This document shows positions 1 to 9,974 of a stretch of 64,000 nt of DNA, one piece after another. Each line of letters starts with the position of its first letter. Positions within the stretch are counted from its first letter, which is position 1. The stretch comes from a virus. The stretch is taken from positions 51,126-115,125 of the IMG/VR virus record IMGVR_UViG_3300009285_002342; one strand, written 5' to 3'. A model generated the notes under the pieces. It was not told the DNA's origin, did not search any database, and saw only the letters and a program-made list of their open reading frames with translations. The position numbers and the translations under genes are program-made.

Positions 1-2151
1 CTTACAGCCTTCAAAAAAGGAAATTCTATATGGTTCAAATTCTTTCGGATCGCGCTTCTTGCCGATAACCTTTAAAACATTATAACCATCGGTAGCAGAA
101 AAACCCGCTAAGTCAATCATAGACCGCATCATTTGTTCCTGATAGGCCATTACGCCATAGGTTGATTTTGTAATTTCTTCGTACTTCGGATGTAGCGGAA
201 TCCATTCCTCGCCATGTTTTCGCTTAACATATAAATCGGCCATTCCCGATTCTAACGGCCCGGGCCTAGCTAAAGCGCCGATAGCTACAATATCGTTAAA
301 TTCATCGGGTTTCATTTCTTTACATAATTTTTTACAGGCATAACCAGACATTTGAAATATTCCGGCGGTATCGCCTTCCGAAAGCATTTTATAAACCTTC
401 GGATCGTCTAACGGAATATTCTCAATATCCAAATTATCTATTATCTTAACCGCTTCGTCTATAACGACTACGGTACTTAGTTTTAAAACGTCAATTTTTA
501 CCAGTCCCGCGTGTTCATCGCAATCCACCATATCCCAGTTTATTACAATATTATCGCTACGGCGAACTAAATTGCCCCTCGTCCCGTCCCTTAGATCTTC
601 TCCGGAAATTATCAATCCTGCTGGATGTCTTCCACTCGAACGGCATTGTCCTTCTAATTCGCAAGCTAAACGGAGTTGATCTGGATATCGTACTGCAAAC
701 TTTCGCCCCTCTCTTGTACTCTCTGCTGCCGCTTTTATAAGTCCGGTAGCATGTCCTTTCCCCTCTATGTTTTTAGCAAATTCGTCTATATCATTTTCAT
801 CTAACTCAAAGACACGGCCTACGTCTCTAACAGAAGAACGACTTTTCATCCTCATAAACGTACTAATTCCTACGACATTATATTCCCCATATTCTTCTAC
901 AAGATGTTGTTGTATTTTATCGGTTTGAGTATTATCAAAATCAAGATCAATATCCGGAAGTGATTTTCTATCTTCGGAAATAAAACGCTCAAATAAAAGA
1001 TTATATTTTATCGGGTCTATCACTCTTGTTATTCCGGCGAGCATCGAAGTAAGTGAACCTGCAACCGATCCTCTTCCAGGCCCAACAGGTATCTTCGCTT
1101 CCTTACAGTATTGAATCAATTCATAGATAATAAGAAAATAACGAGAAAAGTTTTTATGCTGAATAACTTGCATTTCCCTCTTGTATCTTTCTCTATATCC
1201 TTCGGGCCATCTTTTTCCGAAAATCTCTTCGCCGCCTTTTTCGCATATTTCAGCTAAAATATCTTCGGCGGTTAAATCCGGATTCGCCTTTTCGTATCGG
1301 GTAAGCGGAAGGGAAGGAATCATTTTAGGAACTCTAAAATCCCAACACTTCTCCGCTATTTCTACTGTTTTCGTTAAGGCTTCGTAATACTGTTTTCGAT
1401 TTAAGATATTTTGTGCTTTAAATTCAGAGACCATTTCGTCTGCGGTTCTTAGATGTAAACCTTTAAAACCGAATTTCCACCTATCCGGATCTTTCCATTT
1501 CGCTTGTCTTTGCACAGCTAAAAGAACTTCTTGAGCTTCCCATTGATTTTCGTACACGTAATGGCAGTCGTTCGTCGCTATAAGCGGAATATTGTATTTT
1601 TCTGAAAGTTGTAGACAAAGGTTATTTATCTTAACTTGTGAGGCAATTTGATGTGGCATTACCTCTAAGTATATTTCTGTTTTTTCGATTAGATCTTTAA
1701 AAAGTTCTTCGCCATTAGGCAGATTAAGAAACGAAGACGAACATCCCGTAAGTAAAATTAAACCGGAAAGATCGGCGCTTCTTAGCAAGGGAAAATCTAT
1801 TCTCGGTCTACGGTTAAAACCTTCTAAGTTCGCTACGGTTAGCATCCGATTAAGTTCTTGCCAGCCTTGTAGATTTTTTACTAAAACAGTAATATGTCCC
1901 CTAGATTCTTTTCCAGTAGACTTCATATCGGGTACACAATATAGCTCAGTCCCGAGAATTGGCTTTATTCCTACTTTATCGAAAGCTTTCTGCCATTTTA
2001 TATGTGTATCTATATTGGAATGATCAGTGATAGCACAGGCTTTAAACCCTAATTCTACATTTCTTTTTGCGTATTGTTCCGGTTTGCCGATCCCGTCAAG
2101 GAGGCTGTATTCCCCGTGCACGTGCAAATGTATAAAATCGGAATTATTCAT
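1..2151 (-). CDS. dnaE: DNA polymerase III alpha subunit (family C), runs off the window edge
   Basis: Not in the ORF track. Manual translation from ATG at 2151 gives MNNSDFIHLHVHGEYSLLDG (PHP domain), then VGPGRGSVAGSL and FERFISEDRKSLPDIDLDF. Confidence 0.95.
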   Translation of the reverse strand, partial: MNNSDFIHLHVHGEYSLLDGIGKPEQYAKRNVELGFKACAITDHSNIDTHIKWQKAFDKVGIKPILGTELYCVPDMKSTGKESRGHITVLVKNLQGWQELNRMLTVANLEGFNRRPRIDFPLLRSADLSGLILLTGCSSSFLNLPNGEELFKDLIEKTEIYLEVMPHQIASQVKINNLCLQLSEKYNIPLIATNDCHYVYENQWEAQEVLLAVQRQAKWKDPDRWKFGFKGLHLRTADEMVSEFKAQNILNRKQYYEALTKTVEIAEKCWDFRVPKMIPSLPLTRYEKANPDLTAEDILAEICEKGGEEIFGKRWPEGYRERYKREMQVIQHKNFSRYFLIIYELIQYCKEAKIPVGPGRGSVAGSLTSMLAGITRVIDPIKYNLLFERFISEDRKSLPDIDLDFDNTQTDKIQQHLVEEYGEYNVVGISTFMRMKSRSSVRDVGRVFELDENDIDEFAKNIEGKGHATGLIKAAAESTREGRKFAVRYPDQLRLACELEGQCRSSGRHPAGLIISGEDLRDGTRGNLVRRSDNIVINWDMVDCDEHAGLVKIDVLKLSTVVVIDEAVKIIDNLDIENIPLDDPKVYKMLSEGDTAGIFQMSGYACKKLCKEMKPDEFNDIVAIGALARPGPLESGMADLYVKRKHGEEWIPLHPKYEEITKSTYGVMAYQEQMMRSMIDLAGFSATDGYNVLKVIGKKRDPKEFEPYRISFFEGCK

Positions 2152-2946
2152 TATCGGAAAAATCCTTTGGCTGGTATTTTATGATTTTTAATTCTTTCAG
2201 AAGCCTTTTTGTACATCTCTTCGTCTTTTTCGATTAGGATATAGTTTCTTTTTGTATTAAGACAAGCAATACCGCTAGTACCGCTTCCTGCGCAGTTATC
2301 AAGAACCAAATCACCTTCAATCGTATATGTTTTAATTAGATATTCAAATAACGGTACTGGTTTTTGGGTAGGGTGAATGCCTCTTTCCCTAGGATATAAT
2401 AAAATACTTTCTGGATATTTTGTATCGTATGTTTTTTTTAAAATCTTCTTTTCTACTATTTCCGCTAAATTTAGCACTTTCCGAAGAACATTTGTTTGCC
2501 CCGTTTTTAATTTTTTTATATCTCGGTATCATTTTTGGAAAATAATTTATGCTCCCAAAACAAAAAACCAAAACATCCTCGTGAACTTTCATAGGAGCGT
2601 ATTTAGCAGTAACAAAATTCCCTGCAAATTTCTTATTCCAAACCCAAGAATGTTTGTAATTGTTAATATTACTCATTACTAGCGCTGAAGTAAAAGGTTG
2701 AGATGACGTAAGGATTATCGCACCATTATCTTTAATAATTCTCCTATACTGTTTCCATAACGATTCAAAAGGAATAATCACATCCCATTTACAGGCGGTA
2801 GTGCCGTAAGGTGGATCGCACAAAACCATATCAATACTCTTATCTTCAATATATTTCATCGCTTGAAGACAATCGGCATTAATAAGGCTGTTTACTGGCA
2901 ATCGCCCTACGGATATAACCTCTTTAATATTATTAAAAATATTCAT
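2151..2946 (-). pseudogene. Beta-class amino (N6A/N4C) DNA methyltransferase split by a frameshift in an A8 tract
   Basis: ORF 2389-2946 has DMVLCDPPYGTTACKWD. ORF 2151-2477 has HPTQKP and VLDNCAGSGT. Removing one A from the run at 2432-2439 joins them (..EDFKKTYDTKYP..). Confidence 0.85.
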
Positions 2947-3553
2947 TAATTTTCGCTTTTATCAGTTCCCATTCACTTTGATTAATATCTACTTTTGTTC
3001 TATTTTCTAACCATGAGACAAATTGTAAATTATCTAATAATAACGCCCCTCCGTTACACTTTGCTTTTATATGATCTAAAGACGGTTTAATCCATTTATC
3101 TCTCGAAACTCGCCATTTTTCTAAAAGGGTATTAAATTTTTTGTCATTATAAAACTTTTCAATAAACTGCTTATATATTTCCGTTGTAAATCCGTTACAA
3201 TCTCGTTTTCTAGAAAGTGAACGATTAAGATATTTTAATTTTTCAATATCTTCAAAACTATTAAGCCATTCAAGCGATACATCATATTTTAAATGAGATT
3301 TCATATTTTTTAATTTAAAATCCCTTGTCATTTTTTTACCCTTTGACCACGCTTCTCTCCCTTTACAAGCTCTACTAATATTGTTTTTATGTTCCTGCGT
3401 AAATTCTTTAAGAGTGTTCCTTCTTGTTATTTTAATCCCTTCTTTTTCTAATTTTCTTCTAATTAAATGATGATTTGTATTAAACTTCTCCGCTATCATC
3501 CTTAACGTCCATCTTTCTATTTCGTATAATCGAATTATCTCTTTGGTATTCAT
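2933..3553 (-). CDS. HNH homing-endonuclease-like protein with N-terminal HTH/NUMOD3-like region
   Basis: C-terminal PSLDHIKAKCNGG..DNLQFVSWLENRTK HNH signature; AT-rich. Confidence 0.75.
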   Translation of the reverse strand: MNTKEIIRLYEIERWTLRMIAEKFNTNHHLIRRKLEKEGIKITRRNTLKEFTQEHKNNISRACKGREAWSKGKKMTRDFKLKNMKSHLKYDVSLEWLNSFEDIEKLKYLNRSLSRKRDCNGFTTEIYKQFIEKFYNDKKFNTLLEKWRVSRDKWIKPSLDHIKAKCNGGALLLDNLQFVSWLENRTKVDINQSEWELIKAKINEYF

Positions 3554-3595
3554 AATAATTATTCCCCCTATTAATATAATATCCGTACCTTATAA

Positions 3596-3700
3596 CTAAA
3601 ATAGAAAGTTATATGGCAGATCACAAAGGATCATATCAATAGTCCGGTCAGGAATATTATCCATAAGTTTTAGGCAATCACCTAACCAAAATTCACTCAA
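3596..3700 (-). pseudogene. N-terminal stub of a DNA amino-methyltransferase, ending just after DLPY
   Basis: Manual translation from TTG 3700: (M)SEFWLGDCLKLMDNIPDRTIDMILCDLPYNFLF*. Confidence 0.8.
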
Positions 3701-4230
3701 AATTCATTTCTCCAAATTTCCTGAAATCTACCGATAAACATGTTATTCGCTTCTTTCGAAGGAACTCCGAAATTCCAACTTAACCTTAATCTTGCTCCGC
3801 TAATATTCCAAGGCGCAGGTGGTTTCAGCATTAAAGCGTCCATTTCATTTCCTAAGATAACCGTATCCGCAAATTTTACTTCTTCGGAAAACGGATAGGT
3901 AATACCGAACCGATTAGCAATAACGATATTTAACTTTTCTTCAATCTTAGCGTATCCCTTTAGAAAATGTTTAATCGGCTTAGGTACATCCAAAAGATAC
4001 GCTTCCGAGGCATCGTGCAAAAGTCCTTGTAAAGCATATCTTTCGGGAACGTGAAAGGAGACTAAGACAGAATGCTCAGCGACCGAATAAAACTTACGGC
4101 AATGCCCATTATACCTACACTGATTCGACAAGGACCAAGCGATATCCAAAATATCTATTTCTTCTGAACTAGGATCTAAAGGGTAGAATTGCTTGCCTGT
4201 ATAAGTTTGAATCCAGTCGCCTTTTCTCAT
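3697..4230 (-). CDS. HD-domain 5'-deoxynucleotidase (YfbR/YfdR-like)
   Basis: CRYNGH..YSVAEHS..LLHDASEAYL.D.P.P.K motifs. Confidence 0.85.
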   Translation of the reverse strand: MRKGDWIQTYTGKQFYPLDPSSEEIDILDIAWSLSNQCRYNGHCRKFYSVAEHSVLVSFHVPERYALQGLLHDASEAYLLDVPKPIKHFLKGYAKIEEKLNIVIANRFGITYPFSEEVKFADTVILGNEMDALMLKPPAPWNISGARLRLSWNFGVPSKEANNMFIGRFQEIWRNEF

Positions 4231-4718
4231 TTTCGTCTCTCCAAATACATAGAATGGGTTGAGCGAAATTCGCCGGATTCTATGCTTTCTTTAACAGATT
4301 TTTGAAACTTTCTTATTGCGTCCATATTACTCTCGCAATTAATGGTTAATTTCGGTTCTACAATATTATTCCAATAAAGCCACCAAGTTGGAGATATATA
4401 CCAAGAATACTTATCCGCCTTATATAGCATACGCAAACCACAATATCCAGAATGTGAACAATGAGCGGCTGTAAAAATATAAGCTTTTCTTCCAAAAAAC
4501 CGACCTGCTACTTTAGCTCCTAATTCCCAATGCTTTTTCTTTTGTTCATAATCGCTTAAATAATCTTTACCTATATGCCCGATATCGTGGAGAAAGATAC
4601 AGATAATTTGCCAAAATTTAGGCCAACTCCCGTAAAGTTTTCTCCACGATATTAGGACTAGGAAAGAATGGAAAACAGAATGGCATCCAATTAGGATACT
4701 TACCGTTCCTTCCTTCAC
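4227..4718 (-). CDS. HD-superfamily protein of unknown function
   Basis: H..H, FLHDIGH, H, H and ADK metal-ligand pattern. Confidence 0.55.
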   Translation of the reverse strand: MKEGTVSILIGCHSVFHSFLVLISWRKLYGSWPKFWQIICIFLHDIGHIGKDYLSDYEQKKKHWELGAKVAGRFFGRKAYIFTAAHCSHSGYCGLRMLYKADKYSWYISPTWWLYWNNIVEPKLTINCESNMDAIRKFQKSVKESIESGEFRSTHSMYLERRK

Positions 4719-4722
4719 GATC

Positions 4723-5793
4723 TTATCCCCTTCCCCTTTTCTTCGGTTCGGGTTTTACTTCGGTTTCCACGGGTTCTTCGGTCGTCGGAGCTTCTTCCTC
4801 GTCTGCAATAAGACAGACGGCGTGTCTGAAATTGTCCCCTTCGAAAAGCAAAGCACCGTCAGATACCGTCGCTTTATTCGCCTTCGGAATAATCGAAGAG
4901 AGATGTTCAGGGGAAGCGACAAATTCAATCTTTTTCCCTTTGTACTTTATCGGGACCGGTTCTATAGCTTTTCCTTTTATGTTTTCGCACTTCGCAATGA
5001 TTTCCCAGTTATCTACCGTAATCGTTACCCGCTTCAACTTATTCGATTCTTCGGCTAAAACCTGTACCCTGGACAAGGCTGCACAAAGTTCTACCGGAAA
5101 ATCAATCTTCTTTCCTTCTACGTTCAGATATTCGTCTACGTCTTCAAAGTTATCGTCTATCAGCGTATGCGCAAAGATAGCCCCGTCGTGATTTCGGTAG
5201 ACGGCTTGCGAATCCGTAATCAGAATTTCCTTTAGCCCGAAGGTAGAAAGAAAGTGTGCGATTTTTGAGGGAATAAGAATCGGTTTTTCTAAATCGATTT
5301 CTTCGGAAAGAATCCTTTCGGTAATACGGAAGTTATCGGAAGACAAAATCCTTTTTCCATCTACGGAAAGACATGTTAAAACGCCCATAGACGCTTGATC
5401 ACTCGCGGAGAAGGTACAAAAACCTAATGCTTCGTCGAAATCCTCCGGTAACGGTCGCCAATCCTCCTCTTCAAAATCGAAAGAAGGTATATCTTTCGCT
5501 TCTACCATCTTCAACCATACTTCCGTCTTTCCTGCCTTAACGTGTAACTCCTTTTCGTCCGCGTCAATTTCCATGTCTTCCTGGCTGAATTTGTTAAGCA
5601 ATCTCGTAAATTCATCCGCAGGAATCACCGCCTTTAGATCGGTATCCAAAGGTACGCAAATCGTGATTTCTTCGCCAGCTCCGATAAGTTTATCATTATC
5701 GAAGATTAGCATTCCTGAAAGTTCGGAAATTTTACCGTCGCTTAAAGCCGGTTTTACCTTTTCAATCGCACTTAAAAGTTCTTTTCGTTTCAT
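4723..5793 (-). CDS. Sliding clamp (DNA Pol III beta-like)
   Basis: 356 aa, acidic, N-terminal RKELLSAIEKV, SSDNFRI resembling the clamp ATDGxRL motif; lies near dnaE. Confidence 0.7.
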   Translation of the reverse strand: MKRKELLSAIEKVKPALSDGKISELSGMLIFDNDKLIGAGEEITICVPLDTDLKAVIPADEFTRLLNKFSQEDMEIDADEKELHVKAGKTEVWLKMVEAKDIPSFDFEEEDWRPLPEDFDEALGFCTFSASDQASMGVLTCLSVDGKRILSSDNFRITERILSEEIDLEKPILIPSKIAHFLSTFGLKEILITDSQAVYRNHDGAIFAHTLIDDNFEDVDEYLNVEGKKIDFPVELCAALSRVQVLAEESNKLKRVTITVDNWEIIAKCENIKGKAIEPVPIKYKGKKIEFVASPEHLSSIIPKANKATVSDGALLFEGDNFRHAVCLIADEEEAPTTEEPVETEVKPEPKKRGRG

Positions 5794-6518
5794 TCTTTCT
5801 CCTTCCGTTTAAGTTTTCTCTCCTTTAGTGGTCTTACTGGAATTATTCCGAATCCTAGATTTATTTGTTTTACTTTAGTCAAATCTTCATATCTCTTAGA
5901 TTCACCTTTAGGATAATGTAAAATCGGAAATCTAAGATGTTTCCTTGCTTCCTTTGCCCATCTTTTATCGCCATGAAAATAAATATATCTATGTTTAGGT
6001 TTTTGAGGAATTCTTTCTTCTATTTTTCCTTCGTATCTTTCACCGCGAATTTTTCCAGTACAAGATCTTCGATGAATTATTTTCCCTTCAGTAGTAAGAT
6101 ATTTCCCTTCGTTAAAAGATCCTTCTCCGGTATAAATCCAATTTAGAGCTTGATAAACATAACCTACATGCCCTTGATTTTGGTCTGCGTAACTCACAAG
6201 GATAAGAGGTTTAGGTAGCAATTTTATTGCATTAGCAGCAAAAAAGGTGGCAAGATTTTTTCTTTCTGAATAATCAATACAAAGCCGGTTAAATTCTAAA
6301 ACAGTATCTTTATAATCTTTTCCGCAAACAGAAGCCCCTAAATTCCTATTAGGGCAATATCCAAAAGTCGCTACACCTATCGTTCTATTTTTTTCTTTTT
6401 CGACCAACGCAAATCCATAAATATTCACTGTAGGCGCTCTACCTGCATAATGCTTTTTTAAAAGCCATTCTTTTGCTGCCAAACATGGAATCGAAACTAT
6501 CCGGAATTTATCTTTCAT
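5790..6518 (-). CDS. Mom-like GNAT adenine-modification protein
   Basis: KHYAGR, GVATFG, LEFNRL, LVSYADQNQGHVGYVYQALNWIYTG, KHRYIYF. Start set at MKDKF (SD AGGAAGG); the longer track ORF reads through a repeat element. Confidence 0.8.
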   Translation of the reverse strand: MKDKFRIVSIPCLAAKEWLLKKHYAGRAPTVNIYGFALVEKEKNRTIGVATFGYCPNRNLGASVCGKDYKDTVLEFNRLCIDYSERKNLATFFAANAIKLLPKPLILVSYADQNQGHVGYVYQALNWIYTGEGSFNEGKYLTTEGKIIHRRSCTGKIRGERYEGKIEERIPQKPKHRYIYFHGDKRWAKEARKHLRFPILHYPKGESKRYEDLTKVKQINLGFGIIPVRPLKERKLKRKEKE

Positions 6519-6520
6519 AT

Positions 6521-6615
6521 CCTTCCTACGCTTCGTAGAATCGCTTAGGTTAAACGATCTATCGCTAACCCATAATACCCTACGGGTAAAATATTTGAAC
6601 GCCTTAAAAACGATT
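6521..6615 (+). repeat. Dispersed ~95-bp intergenic element, copy A
   Basis: Core CTTCGTAGAATCGCTTAGGTTAAACGATCTA...TACCCTAC...TTAAAAACGATT. Confidence 0.9.
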
Positions 6616-6648
6616 AAGCGAAGAATCCGCTTCGTTTCCCTTTTTTCT

Positions 6649-6831
6649 TCAATTCTGACATTTGGTAAGTTTTCCTTGACAACCTTTAGCACCGCATACA
6701 TTAGGCAAGACCCAACGAAACTTTTTATTTTTCGCTACCCAAAAACCTTGCTTCGAACCGCATATTTCACATTCATACCAAGTAGTCTGTTTCTTCTCTT
6801 CTTCAGTTTCTTCGTCCCTACACATTTGCAT
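6649..6831 (-). CDS. Small Zn-ribbon protein
   Basis: CEIC...C.AKGC; AGGAG SD upstream of ATG 6831. Confidence 0.55.
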   Translation of the reverse strand: MQMCRDEETEEEKKQTTWYECEICGSKQGFWVAKNKKFRWVLPNVCGAKGCQGKLTKCQN

Positions 6832-6842
6832 TTTTAACTCCT

Positions 6843-6968
6843 TTACATACCCCAATATGCCGGCGAAGTCACGCACATATCAGCTATTCCGGAAGGTAGG
6901 GATTTTAAGACATCTATATTGTGCCCTAAATATATTTTAGAATCACCGAATTCACGATAAGGTTTCAT
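6843..6968 (-). pseudogene. Second amino-MTase N-terminal stub (frameshifted, ends after an SPPY-like motif)
   Basis: MKPYREFGDSKIYLGHNIDV, frameshift at GTCTTTAAAA, then LKSLPSGIADMCVTSPAYWGM*. Confidence 0.7.
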
Positions 6969-7726
6969 ATTTTTGATCTTACCTTCCGAATAGCAATAGG
7001 ATTCATTTTTTTCTTAAACGCACGTAAAGACTCGTTCCCTAAATCCCCACAATCATTTACGTATTTTCCGTTTCCGTATTCTGCCACTTCCCGATAAAAC
7101 AGCAACCTCATATATTCAGCTAAGTACGGTTCCGCTAAACAAATTGAATAGCGGAAAATTAGATATTTGAAATTCTCATCCCAAACATTTAAGCCGACAA
7201 CTTTCTTCCTCTCCATGTCTATCAGAACTTTTCGATTTTTACCGTTTAGACAAAAATCTAACAATACTTCCGCATCTTCAATTTGTCTAAAACGCAAAGT
7301 CCATTCCGTTAGAAGATCGATAATCGGCGTTACAGGATGCCCCACTACGGCACGAAGATAAGTTAATTTCGGATTTCGGGCAACGAACTTCCGACTATTT
7401 TTACGAAACACTGCCCACTCCCCTCCTTTCATAGTGAGAAAATCGGCAGGATCGTAAATATACTCATAGTCAAGAAATTCGTTGCCCAACGGGCATTCCG
7501 GAAAGTCAGCCCAAAAAGGAGAGTCTTTCCAAAGTGGATTGCCCATTTTTCGGATAACCGGAAACAGTATTTGTTTTCCCTTATCTTCAACCCAAACTTC
7601 GCTTCCGGTATCGTAAACACGAAATTCGGCCCTATCGAAATATTCCTCCGAGCACCAGCAATTCGGCGTTATTCCGTTAAGGCGAAGAATTTCTAAATAT
7701 TCTTTCGGACTAATCAGTTTTTTCAT
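6965..7726 (-). CDS. DUF2156-like GNAT-fold protein (aminoacyl-transferase-like)
   Basis: DYEYIYDPADFLTMKGGEW..FRKN.RKF and YVNDCGDLGNESLRAFKKKMNP resemble the DUF2156 motifs (DYIY..DL..L.G; YINREEDLG..GLR..K.S..P). Confidence 0.6.
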   Translation of the reverse strand: MKKLISPKEYLEILRLNGITPNCWCSEEYFDRAEFRVYDTGSEVWVEDKGKQILFPVIRKMGNPLWKDSPFWADFPECPLGNEFLDYEYIYDPADFLTMKGGEWAVFRKNSRKFVARNPKLTYLRAVVGHPVTPIIDLLTEWTLRFRQIEDAEVLLDFCLNGKNRKVLIDMERKKVVGLNVWDENFKYLIFRYSICLAEPYLAEYMRLLFYREVAEYGNGKYVNDCGDLGNESLRAFKKKMNPIAIRKVRSKI

Positions 7727-8574
7727 TATCTTCGAAGAAACCCCGTTCCTTTTTGCCTTTTAACGGTTTCTTTTCTTTCTTCGCCTTCTCTGCTATCAGC
7801 CGTTGAATCAGCTTCTTCGACACCCCGCCCGATTTCCTCGATTTCCCGCCCATTTTCTTCCTCCTGTATTGATTCTAAGAAACATCCTTCGTCATACAGA
7901 CAACCCGCGACAATTCCTTTCATTCCAAACTTATCCCCTTCGATTACTGCAAAATCATTCTTCTTACCGAAGAAAAACTTTACAGTATTCGAAAATGTAA
8001 AAAGGGCTAAAAGATCGGCGGTCCTTAATCCTATCGGCCCGAAGTCTTCTTTTATCGTCTTCCCCCATGATACCCCGAAACCCTCTTTCACTTGCGTTAA
8101 TTCTACGGTAGAACCGGAATAGATGTCCCTTTGTAGAAGAAGCGGTTTCCGATTCTTAGCTGAAACCTCAATATGACTAAGGCTTTCTTCTAAAAGAGAA
8201 AGAACTTCGGTATGCAAATCCAAACGGTTATCGCCTTTTTTCTTATAAAGTTTCCGAAAAGAATCATCTATTTCGTCAAAAGTCCGCTTAGAAGTAGCAC
8301 AAGATTTTTTTCTTACGAAACCAGCGGCGTTTTGCGTAAATACAATTTTCCCGTCTATTAACTTAAAATCCGGCGAATCGTACTGATTAGATTCCATACC
8401 GATCTTTTCAGGAAATTCTTCTTTCGAATCAAAATGCAGAATAACTGTATTGTCGAAGTTGGCTATGTAGATAGACTTATTTCCTAAGAAGACTTCGTTT
8501 CTTAAATGCCCATTTTGAGTTAAGACTACTGCTATAGAAAGTATTTTTTCGGTCATTTGATTAATCATAAACAA
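7726..8574 (-). CDS. Hypothetical protein in the modification operon
   Basis: 282 aa, overlaps both neighbours; acidic/basic tail. Confidence 0.5.
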   Translation of the reverse strand: MFMINQMTEKILSIAVVLTQNGHLRNEVFLGNKSIYIANFDNTVILHFDSKEEFPEKIGMESNQYDSPDFKLIDGKIVFTQNAAGFVRKKSCATSKRTFDEIDDSFRKLYKKKGDNRLDLHTEVLSLLEESLSHIEVSAKNRKPLLLQRDIYSGSTVELTQVKEGFGVSWGKTIKEDFGPIGLRTADLLALFTFSNTVKFFFGKKNDFAVIEGDKFGMKGIVAGCLYDEGCFLESIQEEENGREIEEIGRGVEEADSTADSREGEERKETVKRQKGTGFLRR

Positions 8575-9974
8575 TCCTCCAAAATTCTTATTCTAAAATC
8601 GTCTTCCTTTTCATATTTCCAGATTATCCTTCCTTCGGAATCATTCCCCACCGGTACTATCCCCCTTCCCCAATCCAGCGAATAAGAAGGATTTCCGCTA
8701 AGGTTCCACAATCCAAAAAATTCCTGCTTAAGATTTTCAGAAAGGAAACCCCCGTTTTCTTCTACATACTTTTCGTATTCATCCCAAGTTACCGCCCGTC
8801 CTTTCTGGTTTTTTATGTACCAGATCGCAGACACAGAACTTCCGCGATTAAATTTTGAATCCGGAAAGAAATCCCCCACTTCGCAACATATCTCGTTTCC
8901 GTTTTCCGCTACATTCCCTAAGTCGAAAGTAGAACAACGGAATCCCTTTTCTCTAAAAAGGTCCATAAACTTTCCTAGAAGAAGGGAACCAAGGGCTTGA
9001 CTATCGGAAGTAAGCAGATACATCCGGTTAAAATCATATCCTAAATTCGTAAAGTTATTACGGATACCTGGATTGTTGGCGGAATAGGAATATGTATCGA
9101 AGGTAATGTGTCGAACGCCGGCCGCATAAACTTCTTCAATATATTTTTCGACGAATTCCTTTTCGTCATTTATGAAAACCATCCACGGCTCTATCCTAGC
9201 CACAACCCTTATCCCAGCAGAAGATAAAATGCGCATCGCCTCTAACCGCTTTTTGTAAGAAGGCGCTCCCGGCTCTATCGCTTTTAAGATCCGGTTGTCT
9301 GCGGAAATCAAAGTAACGTGTACTGCAGCTTTAGAAGGATTATCCGCTAAAGCGGAAAGGTAAGGTTCTTCGGCAGGTAAATCCGATTTAGTATTTATCA
9401 TTATCGGATAATTTCTGTCTTTTAGATGATTCAAAAACGCTAACGCTATTCCGTTCTTCCTTTCTGCGTAAATAAAATCTTCGAATCGAATTCCTAACCG
9501 AATCGGAATACGGTTTTTTATCGCTCTTTGAATATCGGAAGCATTTAACGGAAGTCCCTTAGCGACAACCTCAAAATGCCTATCCAGTTCCGCACGAAAA
9601 TAATCAGGCGGGCAAGATCGTATTCCCATTTCCTCAGTTCTATCCCAAAAGGAAGTGTACAATGTCGCTTTTAGTATATCCGCGAAGCAATATTGGCAAC
9701 GGAAAGGGCACGCCTTTGCGTCATAGCAATCCGCATTGAGGGGCATCGGGCAAGCGGCTGCCCGAAGACTAACCTCAATAAAATGTTTAATCCTTTCCGT
9801 GTTAAATATCTTCTCTTTGTTTTGCCACTTTTGCCTTATCAGATTAAATTCATGATAATTTGTTTTTCTGCCTTTAATCTTAACTTCGGATTTCAATTTG
9901 TCTTTAACGGAAGTTAGAATCTTCTGTCTGGGAATCAGTTTAGAAACTAAAGATCGCAATTCGTAATAATTCAT
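8565..9974 (-). CDS. Radical SAM protein (SPL-like family), paralog 1
   Basis: CPFRCQYC, INTKS, IEPGAPSYKKRLEAM..L..AGI, RIEP. Confidence 0.85.
   Translation of the reverse strand: MNYYELRSLVSKLIPRQKILTSVKDKLKSEVKIKGRKTNYHEFNLIRQKWQNKEKIFNTERIKHFIEVSLRAAACPMPLNADCYDAKACPFRCQYCFADILKATLYTSFWDRTEEMGIRSCPPDYFRAELDRHFEVVAKGLPLNASDIQRAIKNRIPIRLGIRFEDFIYAERKNGIALAFLNHLKDRNYPIMINTKSDLPAEEPYLSALADNPSKAAVHVTLISADNRILKAIEPGAPSYKKRLEAMRILSSAGIRVVARIEPWMVFINDEKEFVEKYIEEVYAAGVRHITFDTYSYSANNPGIRNNFTNLGYDFNRMYLLTSDSQALGSLLLGKFMDLFREKGFRCSTFDLGNVAENGNEICCEVGDFFPDSKFNRGSSVSAIWYIKNQKGRAVTWDEYEKYVEENGGFLSENLKQEFFGLWNLSGNPSYSLDWGRGIVPVGNDSEGRIIWKYEKEDDFRIRILEDCL

Noticed and set aside
3697-4230. DatZ / Z-genome system
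   Set aside because: HD hydrolase only; no PurZ or MazZ recognisable in the window.
6519-6701. N-terminal extension of the Mom-like ORF
   Set aside because: It reads through the intergenic repeat and overlaps another gene; the SD supports a start at 6518.
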